Assembly (NCBI GenBank): GCA_040219255.1
Contig: JAVJSW010000049.1
Location: forward strand, 96,001 to 160,000
From: Sumerlaeia bacterium
Lineage (GTDB): Bacteria > Sumerlaeota > Sumerlaeia > SLMS01 > JAHLLQ01
Length of the DNA stretch: 64,000 bases
Reading direction: 5' to 3'
In this document: positions 39,277 through 47,810 of the stretch, piece after piece
How the letters are laid out: every line of letters starts with the position of its first letter
How positions within the stretch are numbered: position 1 is the stretch's first letter
The notes under the pieces: model-generated
Seen by the model: only the letters and a program-made list of their open reading frames with translations
Told to the model about the DNA's origin: nothing
Database searches by the model: none
Program-made: the position numbers and the translations under genes

Positions 39277-42200
39277 ATGAGTCCAACCCATCAGAGCGCC
39301 CTCGCCACCGCGGGCCTCCTCGCTCTCGCCTTCACAGGGGCGTCCGCCACGGCGGCCACCCCTGTGGAGCGCTTCACCAATCAGGACACGTACTACATCT
39401 ACTACGGCGCCTGGGACTCCACCCGCATCGACACGGTCGAGTCGAACGGCTACAAAATCGTCGTCTGCGAACCCCGCAATCTCGTCCGCAGCCAAGTCGA
39501 AGACATCCAGGACGGCGCCGACGACATCTCCGGCAACAGCGACGACATCCGCGTCCTGGGCTACATCTCCCTGGGCGAGGACAACCGCCCGTCGATCTAC
39601 ACCACCGACGGCAGCGGCAACACTGTGTTCGCCCCGGTCAGTGGCGGCACCGGCCCCCGCATGGATCCGCGCCTGAACCCCACGACCGGCGCGGCGCCTT
39701 CGCCGATGCCGAGCATCGAGAGCACGATCAACGGCGACGGCTCCGCTTCCCTCGGCCTCCCCTCGCCCGGCGGCACGGGCTACGCCAGCTTCTACCTGGA
39801 TCAGGCACCCTTCGACGGCTACCCCGACGCCAACGGCGAATTCGCCGGCGCCTTCGTCAACGCCGGCGATCCGGCCTGGTACACCACCGTCAAGAACATG
39901 GTCCAGTCGGTCGATGGCAACTGCGGCCTGGATGAAATCATGACGACCACGGTGGGCAAGGGCCTCGGCTGCGACGGCATCTTCATGGACACGATCGACA
40001 CCTGCGCGCCGAACAACTTCAGCCCGCTGACCCAGTTCGAATGGACCGGCCCGGGCTATCGCCAGCTCATCAAGACCATCCGCGAAGCCTACACCGACAA
40101 AATCCTGCTGCAAAACCGCGGCACCTTCTTCTTCCGCACCGACGTCGAGCACTACAACTTCACCGTCCGCCCCTATGTGGACATGGTGTTTTTCGAGAGC
40201 TACTACGGCGACTCGAACGACTTCGACACGCAGAGCCCCTACCTGAACGACAACAAGTGGAACGTCGGCAAGAAGATGAACGCCGAAGCGGACCGCGACG
40301 ACGGCTTCACGGTCCTCTCGCTCGGGTACCTCGAACCCCGCGCCGTGCGTGACACCATCACCATCGATGGCACCGTGACGGATTGGGACGCGGAGTCCCG
40401 CCTGCAAGTCAACGGCACCACCCCCGGCACCGACCCGATCCAGGCCGTCTATGCCAGCAACGACGCCAACTACCTGTATCTGCGCATCTCGACACTGGCG
40501 GGCACGAATCTGAATTCGTCGAACTTCAACATCTACTTCGACACGGACGACGAAGCCGACTACGGCGACATCTCGACCTTCGACAACACCGGCGTGGCTT
40601 GCGGCACGGCGGTGCAGAGCGGCTACGTGCCCACCGGCGCGACGGAAAACGCCGACATCTGGTGCCCCGCCTCCGGTTCGGTGGTGACCATCACGGACTC
40701 GCGCATTCGCTCCGAACTGCTCTATCAATGGGGCGGACTCTACAGCCAGGACACCGGCGTCTTCAACGTGAACGGCTCCATCGGCTCGGCCACGGTGGCC
40801 GCCAACGGCACCCAATCGGAGTGGGAAATCCGCATTCCCCGCAGCATCACGCACCCCAGCAACCACGGCCGCTATCCGAACGAGAGCGTCTTCGGCGCCG
40901 ACGGCTCCCACGTCCTGATGACCATGTCGTTCCACGACGGCAGCACCACCACCTGGTTCCCCCACGAGTTCCATCGCGGCTTCGAGAAGAACGTCGGTTA
41001 CCGCTTCGAGCAGGCAAGCCCCGGCTCGGTTTACGACGGCGACTTCGAAGAGTCCCAGGAAATCCAGGGGTGGCTGCTCTACGAGACGGATAAGTTCCTC
41101 TCCTTCGCCCCCAACACCCGCACCACCACCTGGAACAGCCAGAATGCCGACACCTCGGCTCCAGTCTGGGGCACCACCGCCAATGGCTTCATCGCCCGCG
41201 GCGGCTCGCCCACCAACAGCGCCCGCACCGGCATCCAGGAAGTCGTCGCTGGCGACGGCGAAGTGACGGTCCGCTGGGATCTCGCCGATGACCAGACCCG
41301 CCCGGTTCGCTACAAAATCTACTACGCCCCCGACGCCACCGCCGGTTCCGACATGACGGTTTCGCCATGGGTCAATACAGGCCTGGTTTCCGGAACCGCT
41401 CCGGCCAACTACAAGTACGGTTCCTGGACCGCCAACAACACGAACGTCTATTCCAATGAATACACCGTCACCGGCCTGGACAACGGCGTCACCTACCGCT
41501 TCTGCGTCCGGGCCGTGGACAGCGCTTCCACCCCCCACGAAACGACCAACACGAACACCCTGACGGCCACTCCGCAGGTCAACGGCGGCTCGGCCTGGGC
41601 GACGATCACCGTCGATGGCAGCTTCAGCGATTGGCCCGCAGCCGCCAAAATCTGGGAAGACCCCAGCGGCGACAACGGTACCGCCACCTCCGACGTCAAA
41701 GCCATCTGGGTCGCCAACGATGCGGATAACATCTATATGCGCGTCGAAACCCACAACAGCCACGACTTCCCGAACCAGTACAACAACATCTACTTCGACA
41801 CCGATCTGAACGGCAGCGACACGGCCTTCAACCCCCACGGCATCGGCGCCATCTTCAGCGAACTGCTGCTCCAGGGCGGCTCGCTCTATTCGCAGAAGAA
41901 CGGCAACTTCAACGATGGCTCGCTGGGTACCGTCGGCATATCACCCTTCGCCGTGAACGCCACCAGCTGGGAATGGTCCATCCCGCGCAACCTGCAGCAC
42001 CCCTCCGGCCTCGGCGGCGGCGACGTCTTCTCCTCCACCGGGTTCAAGGTCCTCGTGACCAGCGGCAGCTCGTCCTCCGATGAATTGGCCGGCGCGGCCA
42101 CCTACACCTTCGCCACCCCGTCCACCTACGCCACCATCACCGCCGACGGCACCCTCGGCGCCGGCGAATGGCCCGCCTCCGCCAAGGTTTACAGCGATCC

Positions 42201-43254
42201 CGCCAGCGACACCCTCGGCGCCGCCACCGACTTCGCCGCCATCTGGATGGCGAACGACACCTCGAACCTCTACGTCCGCGTCGATACCCACAACAGCCAC
42301 AACATGCCTGGCGCGTTCAACAACTTCTACTTCGACACGGACCTCGGCAATACGCCCGGCTTCAACCCGCACGGCCTCTCGAAGATCAGCTCGAAGCTGC
42401 TCCTCAACGGCGTCAGCCTCTTCAGCGAAGGCAACGGCGGCTACAACGACGGCTATATTTCCGGCACGACCTACGGCCCTACGGCGGGCACCAGCGCCAC
42501 CTCCTGGGAGTTCGCCATTCCGCTCAACATCGTCCACCCATCTGGCTCCGGCGCCCGTGCCAACCAGAACGTCTTCCCCGCTCTCGGCAGCACCATCCAG
42601 GCGCTCTTCACCAGTGACAATTCCGGCGCGGCCGAGTTCGCTCCCGACGCCGGCGCCCTCAGCTACATCCTCGCCGACCTGCCGATCACGCCTCAGGGCA
42701 CCTCGGCCACCATCACCGTCGATGGCAACGGCAGCGATTGGCCCACCGGCGCCCAGGTCTGGACCGACGCCAGCGGCGACAACAGCGGCGCCGCCAGCGA
42801 TGTCGCGGCGGTCTGGCTCGCCGACGACGCCGATTACATCTACCTACGCGTCGATACCCACAACAGCCACGACTTCGTCTCGGCCTCGAACAACATCTAC
42901 TTCGATGCAAACCTTAGCGCCGCCAGCGGCTTCAACCCCCACAGCCTGCTCTTCGGTTCCGAGATGCTGATGGTCAACACGGGCCTTTACAGCCAGAAGA
43001 ACGGCGGCTGGAACGAGGGCGGCGTCACATCGAGCAGCGGCAAGACGGTTTCCGTCTCTCCCGGCAGCGGCAGCGCCACCACCTGGGAATGGCGCATCCC
43101 CCGCGACCTCGTCCACCCCAGCGCCGGCGGAAACGTCTTCGCCCAGACCGACAAGTCCTTCTTCCTGCTCGTCACCAGCGACAATAGCGGTGCGGCGGAA
43201 CTCGCCCCCGACAACCCGTCCAGCGAGTGGATCTGGTACGTCCCAGTGAACTGA
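39277..43254 (+). CDS. Secreted GH114-like (endo-alpha-1,4-polygalactosaminidase-like) hydrolase with FN3 and four DOMON-like modules
   Basis: AGGAG RBS and signal peptide. Motifs YYIYYG, VLGYISLGED, DGIFMDTID, LLQNRG, FES. FN3 domain. Repeats IT.DG..DW..D..GD..D..A.W.AND...Y.R at 40357, 41605, 42136 and 42712. Confidence 0.75.
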   Translation: MSPTHQSALATAGLLALAFTGASATAATPVERFTNQDTYYIYYGAWDSTRIDTVESNGYKIVVCEPRNLVRSQVEDIQDGADDISGNSDDIRVLGYISLGEDNRPSIYTTDGSGNTVFAPVSGGTGPRMDPRLNPTTGAAPSPMPSIESTINGDGSASLGLPSPGGTGYASFYLDQAPFDGYPDANGEFAGAFVNAGDPAWYTTVKNMVQSVDGNCGLDEIMTTTVGKGLGCDGIFMDTIDTCAPNNFSPLTQFEWTGPGYRQLIKTIREAYTDKILLQNRGTFFFRTDVEHYNFTVRPYVDMVFFESYYGDSNDFDTQSPYLNDNKWNVGKKMNAEADRDDGFTVLSLGYLEPRAVRDTITIDGTVTDWDAESRLQVNGTTPGTDPIQAVYASNDANYLYLRISTLAGTNLNSSNFNIYFDTDDEADYGDISTFDNTGVACGTAVQSGYVPTGATENADIWCPASGSVVTITDSRIRSELLYQWGGLYSQDTGVFNVNGSIGSATVAANGTQSEWEIRIPRSITHPSNHGRYPNESVFGADGSHVLMTMSFHDGSTTTWFPHEFHRGFEKNVGYRFEQASPGSVYDGDFEESQEIQGWLLYETDKFLSFAPNTRTTTWNSQNADTSAPVWGTTANGFIARGGSPTNSARTGIQEVVAGDGEVTVRWDLADDQTRPVRYKIYYAPDATAGSDMTVSPWVNTGLVSGTAPANYKYGSWTANNTNVYSNEYTVTGLDNGVTYRFCVRAVDSASTPHETTNTNTLTATPQVNGGSAWATITVDGSFSDWPAAAKIWEDPSGDNGTATSDVKAIWVANDADNIYMRVETHNSHDFPNQYNNIYFDTDLNGSDTAFNPHGIGAIFSELLLQGGSLYSQKNGNFNDGSLGTVGISPFAVNATSWEWSIPRNLQHPSGLGGGDVFSSTGFKVLVTSGSSSSDELAGAATYTFATPSTYATITADGTLGAGEWPASAKVYSDPASDTLGAATDFAAIWMANDTSNLYVRVDTHNSHNMPGAFNNFYFDTDLGNTPGFNPHGLSKISSKLLLNGVSLFSEGNGGYNDGYISGTTYGPTAGTSATSWEFAIPLNIVHPSGSGARANQNVFPALGSTIQALFTSDNSGAAEFAPDAGALSYILADLPITPQGTSATITVDGNGSDWPTGAQVWTDASGDNSGAASDVAAVWLADDADYIYLRVDTHNSHDFVSASNNIYFDANLSAASGFNPHSLLFGSEMLMVNTGLYSQKNGGWNEGGVTSSSGKTVSVSPGSGSATTWEWRIPRDLVHPSAGGNVFAQTDKSFFLLVTSDNSGAAELAPDNPSSEWIWYVPVN

Positions 43255-43332
43255 GCCAAACCTTGGAGGCCTGAGCGCACCCGCTTTCGCCTCCCCAAAC
43301 TATCCCGTCCGCGAGCGGGATAACAGGGGGTC

Positions 43333-43370
43333 GCCCCCGGCGTCTGACACAGGCGCCGGGGGCACTTTTC
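43333..43370 (+). terminator. Rho-independent terminator
   Basis: GCCCCCGGCGTCTG-ACA-CAGGCGCCGGGGGC followed by ACTTTTC. Confidence 0.7.
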
Positions 43371-43776
43371 GTATCCGGCTCTATCCAATGGATCGCTTCC
43401 AGCTCTTTCCGGCCAGCCAGCACGGCTCCTCGGACCTCGGAATCCGTGGGCCTGCCGGGTCCGGTCCTAAGTCCCTTTAGGCTGATACGTCTGTTTTGTC
43501 TGTTAAGTTCGATAAGTGAATCTTGTCTATCTTGTTCCCGAAGCTCCACATGAGGGGACAAACCGATCGGCCTGTGAGACCCTTCCGCCAATCCAGCTCA
43601 CCGCTCCTGAGCACACCCCGGAGGATCCCATGGCACACCCCATCTCCCATCCCGTCAAGCACCCCGTCGAATCGGCAAGGCACCGCATCCGCCAGCGCCC
43701 CCGGCACCGCATCCGCTCCTCGATCGGGCCCATGAATCCGGCGAGGGGGAACGCCCCCGCACCGCCCTTCGCGGCG

Positions 43777-44277
43777 TCACTTCGCCATGCCGGCCTTGAT
43801 GTACTCGACCAACTGATCGAGCACCGTACCCCAGCCCTGCTCGAAGCCCATGTCCGCGTGGGTTTTGCGGCCCGCCGGATCGCGGTGCATCGCGATGGCG
43901 GTGTACCGCGTGCCCGTGCCCTCCGGTGTGAGCGACAAGATCGCTGTGAAAGGCAGATCGACATCCGCCGCTGGCCGATAGCCGGGCCGCAAGGCGCTCG
44001 TCCACACCAGCTGGCGATTCGGCACGACCTCCAGGAAACACCCGCCCTCGTCGGGGAATTCCTGGCCCTCGGGCGAACGCATCACGGTGCGGAAAATCCC
44101 GCCGGGCCGCGGGTCCAGCTCGCACTCGGCCACCGACCACGGCTTGGGGCAAAACCAGTGCTTCAGGTGCTCCGGCGTGGTCCAGGCTTCATAGACCAGC
44201 TCCGGCGGCACATCGACGAAGCGGTCGAGCTTGAGGTCCAACTCGGGGTTGAACGGGGGAAAAATTTCCGAAGTCAT
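43777..44277 (-). CDS. SRPBCC (AHSA1-like) protein
   Basis: DL.LDR..DVPPELVYEAWT.PEHLKHWF.PKPW, D.RPGG, H..MGF..GWG. Confidence 0.9.
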   Translation of the reverse strand: MTSEIFPPFNPELDLKLDRFVDVPPELVYEAWTTPEHLKHWFCPKPWSVAECELDPRPGGIFRTVMRSPEGQEFPDEGGCFLEVVPNRQLVWTSALRPGYRPAADVDLPFTAILSLTPEGTGTRYTAIAMHRDPAGRKTHADMGFEQGWGTVLDQLVEYIKAGMAK

Positions 44278-44618
44278 GTTCTCTTCTCTTTCAGTTCCAG
44301 AAGGTACGCATCGAGTTGGTCGAGCCGCCGCTCCCACAAAGCCCGTTGCCCAGCCAGCCAGTCCTCGGCGGGACGGGCCCCGCCGGGCACAAGCTCGACC
44401 GTGCGGACGCGGCCCCGCTTCTTCGAACGCACCAGCCCGCACTTCTCCAGCACCGCGAGGTGCTGGACGAACGACGGCAGCGCCATATCGAAGGGCGCGG
44501 CCAGTTCGCTGACCGTTGCTGGGCTGCGGCCGAGCCGTTCCAGCACTTGCCGCCGCGTCGGATCCGCCAGGGCCCGAAAGACTTCATCCACGGATGGGGT
44601 TTCTGCGAGCACGTTCAA
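44274..44618 (-). CDS. ArsR/SmtB family transcriptional regulator
   Basis: VFRALADPTRR, VSELAAPFDMALPSFVQHL.VLE..GLV; overlaps the start of the SRPBCC gene. Confidence 0.92.
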   Translation of the reverse strand: MNVLAETPSVDEVFRALADPTRRQVLERLGRSPATVSELAAPFDMALPSFVQHLAVLEKCGLVRSKKRGRVRTVELVPGGARPAEDWLAGQRALWERRLDQLDAYLLELKEKRT

Positions 44619-44658
44619 CCTCTCGATTCCGAATGGAAATGGAGCTGAATCATGATTG

Positions 44659-44674
44659 TTAGGTCAATGCCTAA
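44659..44674. promoter_or_regulatory. Candidate ArsR autoregulatory operator
   Basis: TTAGG-N6-CCTAA palindrome upstream of arsR. Confidence 0.45.
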
Positions 44675-44693
44675 GTATTGGAACCGCCGCATG

Positions 44694-44720
44694 AAAAAAA
44701 CTCCCCTGTTGCCAGGGGAG
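44694..44720 (-). terminator. Rho-independent terminator
   Basis: CTCCCCTG-TTGC-CAGGGGAG stem with a T tract on the minus strand. Confidence 0.75.
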
Positions 44721-44756
44721 CCGCGAGCGGGAGCGCGCTGGACCGGGGAAGGAGCC

Positions 44757-46700
44757 TCAGCGCACCGAAATCACGATCGTGTCCAGATAGACGTCGTCGG
44801 CGTTGCCGCTGGCGTCACAGACGAAGCGGAATTGAATGCCGGGGCCGAAGGTGATGTCGGCAGGGCTCAAGAAGAGCGTCTCCTGATAGACTTGGCCGTT
44901 CTGGAAATCCTGCCCTTGGGCCCAGGTTTTCACCGTCGTCCAGCCCGACCCGTCGTTGACTTCGAGATAGAAGTCCTCACTCGGATTGTCCATCGAGACG
45001 GCCTTGAAAGCGAACTCGAACTTCATTTCCGAGTAGCCGCTGAAGTCGAACCCGTAGATGTCGATCGAGGAATCGAGGCCGCTGTTGTCCTGGATGTTGG
45101 CGGCGTTGTTGCCCTGGGGCGCATGCGTCCCGCCGGTGTAAAGCGAGGCGTCGGCGCCACCATCGTTCCATCCGACAAAGCCGCTCTCGAAATCGACGCT
45201 GCTGAGCACGGTCCAAGGGTCCGGCGTCGGCGTCGGGGTCGGTGTGGGAGTAGGCGTCGGAGTGGGTGTTGGTGTCGGGGTTGGCGTGGGTGTCGGGGTT
45301 GGCGTGGGGGTTGGGGTTGGGTTGGAGCCATCGACCACCGGCACCACCGGGGCGATCACGTTGATGCCGCCATAGTTGGCGTTCCACACGTCGGTCCCTG
45401 TGGCGGCATGCCGGCTGGCGAAGCGCACCGAGTACTCCGGCGTGTAGTAAAGATCGATGTCGTCGTCCGGAATCCAGACGCCGAAGCCGATCTGGGCGCC
45501 GGGGCTGTACCACGTCGGGATCGGCACGGTATAGCTGACCGTGTTGGACGAACCAGGCGTCCAACTGCGCGGGTCGGCGCCGGTCCAGTAGTACACCAGT
45601 TCGCCGCCGCCCGCCTCGAAGACTTTGATGTAAACGGGCCGGTTGCTGTAAATCGGCGCGTAACCCGTGTTGGCGACAGTGAAGGAAACGGTGACGTCGG
45701 TGCCGGGGACGACTTCGGCGGGCACGTCGGCGCTGGTCAGTTCAAAGCGGTAGCCGAGCTTCGCGCGGATCGTGTCGCCGCAATTCGCCTGCTCGTCCCA
45801 GTACTGGAAAATCGTTTTCCAGCCATTGTTCGCATCGGCCCACCAGTCGGTGTTGATGAAGCTCCACTGCTGGTTGGCCATTTCGCCCTGCACGGCGGCG
45901 CACTGAGTGATGACGTCGGAGCAGGTCTCGCCGCCCATGGGCGCGGTGGTGGCCTGGGACGCGATGTAGGCCTTCCATTGCGATTCGCTCAGGCAGCCGG
46001 AAACCCACGGATAGCAGGTGTAGCCTTCCAGGCCGGCGTCGCCGCTCATGAAACAATCGTTGTACACGCCGACGCGCGCCACGCGGTTCGCCGCGCCGCC
46101 CGCTGCCGCGTACTCCTCCAGATAATACGCCGTGCGAACCATCACGTAGGCGTTCGAAGGAATCACGTCGAACATCTTGTCGAGGAGCGCCTTGCGGTCC
46201 GCCGTCGAAGTGTAGGGCGTGAAGTACCACTCGCCATAGGCGCCGAAGCTGCCGGCCTGATAGGCCACGATGACCTCGTCGTAATCGGTGTAGATCGGCG
46301 CCATCGCGTCCAGATGCGCCAGCATCGTGGAAAGACCCGGTTCGTTCGGCGAACTGAAGCTGCCGTCCTCGTGGTAAACGATGCGGACGAGCGCTTTGAG
46401 ACCGTTGGTTTTGCAGCGCTCGAGCCAGGTGCGGATTTCCTGCTCTTTGGCGCCGCCCGGCGAAAGATTCGACGACGGCGTGAGACGGATCAGCCCCCAG
46501 GCAATGGTCGAACCCCCGGCGCGCAGCGTGTCGAGGGTGCCGAGGCTGGCCGAATCCACGGTCATCAGCTTCATGGTGCCACGTTCGGGATTCAAAACGT
46601 TTCCCGGGTTTTCATTGAACGAGACGGTGGCGGCGCCGAGGGGCAGCGCCAGGGCGGCCGTCAGCACCGCGGTGGGGGCAAGTTTCGTGAGTGAGAGCAT
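44757..46700 (-). CDS. Secreted DUF4874/DUF4832 putative glycoside hydrolase with Pro-Thr linker and C-terminal beta-sandwich
   Basis: NPERG, QAG.FGAYGEW, YNDCF, PMGGET, LGYRF, N.GYAPIY; (PT)n linker; CDASGNADDVYLD domain. Confidence 0.8.
   Translation of the reverse strand: MLSLTKLAPTAVLTAALALPLGAATVSFNENPGNVLNPERGTMKLMTVDSASLGTLDTLRAGGSTIAWGLIRLTPSSNLSPGGAKEQEIRTWLERCKTNGLKALVRIVYHEDGSFSSPNEPGLSTMLAHLDAMAPIYTDYDEVIVAYQAGSFGAYGEWYFTPYTSTADRKALLDKMFDVIPSNAYVMVRTAYYLEEYAAAGGAANRVARVGVYNDCFMSGDAGLEGYTCYPWVSGCLSESQWKAYIASQATTAPMGGETCSDVITQCAAVQGEMANQQWSFINTDWWADANNGWKTIFQYWDEQANCGDTIRAKLGYRFELTSADVPAEVVPGTDVTVSFTVANTGYAPIYSNRPVYIKVFEAGGGELVYYWTGADPRSWTPGSSNTVSYTVPIPTWYSPGAQIGFGVWIPDDDIDLYYTPEYSVRFASRHAATGTDVWNANYGGINVIAPVVPVVDGSNPTPTPTPTPTPTPTPTPTPTPTPTPTPTPTPTPDPWTVLSSVDFESGFVGWNDGGADASLYTGGTHAPQGNNAANIQDNSGLDSSIDIYGFDFSGYSEMKFEFAFKAVSMDNPSEDFYLEVNDGSGWTTVKTWAQGQDFQNGQVYQETLFLSPADITFGPGIQFRFVCDASGNADDVYLDTIVISVR
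45221..45322 (-). repeat. Pro-Thr linker coding repeat
   Basis: Degenerate 6-bp repeats encoding (PT)n. Confidence 0.85.
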
Positions 46701-47030
46701 AAGCGGGTCCTTAGTCGGGTTTGGCGAAGACATGCGATGACGTTTATCAAAAGCGTTTTATTATCTGACCGTCAAGAGCTGTCACTGGAGAATCATTCTC
46801 TCAGAGACTTGAGAAATAGGCTCGCAATCCGGGACTTCCCCCAGCCCATGCGGGCTGCAACCATTTGTGTCTATGATTTTTAATCTCTCTTTAAAATCTG
46901 GTTGACGAAGAGCGGGGCAGCACCCTACCTTCCCCCCAAGCTTGCCAGTTTCAGACAGGCCGCAAGCCAGCGGACCACCAGCTTCCCCAAGCGAAAATCC
47001 GCCGATTTTCTTCCCAGGAGCCTTCCTCGC

Positions 47031-47660
47031 ATGAAGCTCAAACTCTATTCTCTCTTACTCCTCTTCGCCGCTCTGGTCTCCGTCTCCAGCGCCCAGACCT
47101 ACGTCTCCGTCACCGTCGACGGCGACGCCTCCGAGTGGGCCGGCGTCCCCCTCTACGAATCCGACCCCACCACCGACAGCACCAGCACCGCCGACATCTC
47201 CGCCGTCTATCTGGCGAACGACGACAATTACCTTTACGCTCTCGTGGAAATGACCACCGACACGGTCGCTCTTGGCGCCGACGGCGGCTTCTACACCTTC
47301 ATCGACGGCAATGGAAACGCGTCGGAGGGCTTCGGCCCCAACGGCGGCAGCGAGTTCTCCGAGTTCGCCAGCCAGGAAAGCTTCTTCTTCTTCCAGAGTT
47401 CCGGCGTCTTCAACACCGGCGGCTCGCCCACCGGCGTGGACTTTCTGATCGCTCCGGCGGCGGCGACCCCCGCCCAGTTCTACGAAATGCGCTTCTCGCG
47501 CGCGTCCGACGGTTTCACCGGCAGCCCGGCGACCACCGCCTTCATGGTTTCCCCCCGCGACGGCGCGTTCGCCGCCACCGATCTGGCGCCGAACGACGCG
47601 CCGACGACCTACACCTTCGCGATTTCCTCCTCCGTCTCCGATTGGCGGATGATCGATTGA
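47031..47660 (+). CDS. Small secreted single DOMON-like module protein with tail SSVSDWRMID
   Basis: AGGAG RBS and signal peptide; VTVDGDASEW..D....D...DI..VYLANDDNYLY. Confidence 0.8.
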   Translation: MKLKLYSLLLLFAALVSVSSAQTYVSVTVDGDASEWAGVPLYESDPTTDSTSTADISAVYLANDDNYLYALVEMTTDTVALGADGGFYTFIDGNGNASEGFGPNGGSEFSEFASQESFFFFQSSGVFNTGGSPTGVDFLIAPAAATPAQFYEMRFSRASDGFTGSPATTAFMVSPRDGAFAATDLAPNDAPTTYTFAISSSVSDWRMID

Positions 47661-47710
47661 CCGCTTCTTCCGGTCGAAAGGCGTTGATTGTTTGAGCCAT
47701 TGCAGGGGCC

Positions 47711-47746
47711 GAAGAAGGGCCAGCCGGAACCGGCTGGCCCTTCTTC
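47711..47746. terminator. Perfect 17-bp intra-operon hairpin
   Basis: GAAGAAGGGCCAGCCGG-AA-CCGGCTGGCCCTTCTTC. Confidence 0.65.
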
Positions 47747-47810
47747 GCGAGAACGCTCCCGCCATCCCTTCCATACCGCCGAATTCTTTCCTGGAGACAC
47801 CCTATCCCTC

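Noticed and set aside
43210-43254. C-terminus NPSSEWIWYVPVN as a Trp-tail motif
   Set aside because: It aligns with the terminal strand of the repeated module (ELAP..Y); ambiguous, so not counted
45221-45322. Tandem repeat as a phase-variation tract
   Set aside because: Codon-degenerate and in-frame; an ordinary Pro-Thr linker
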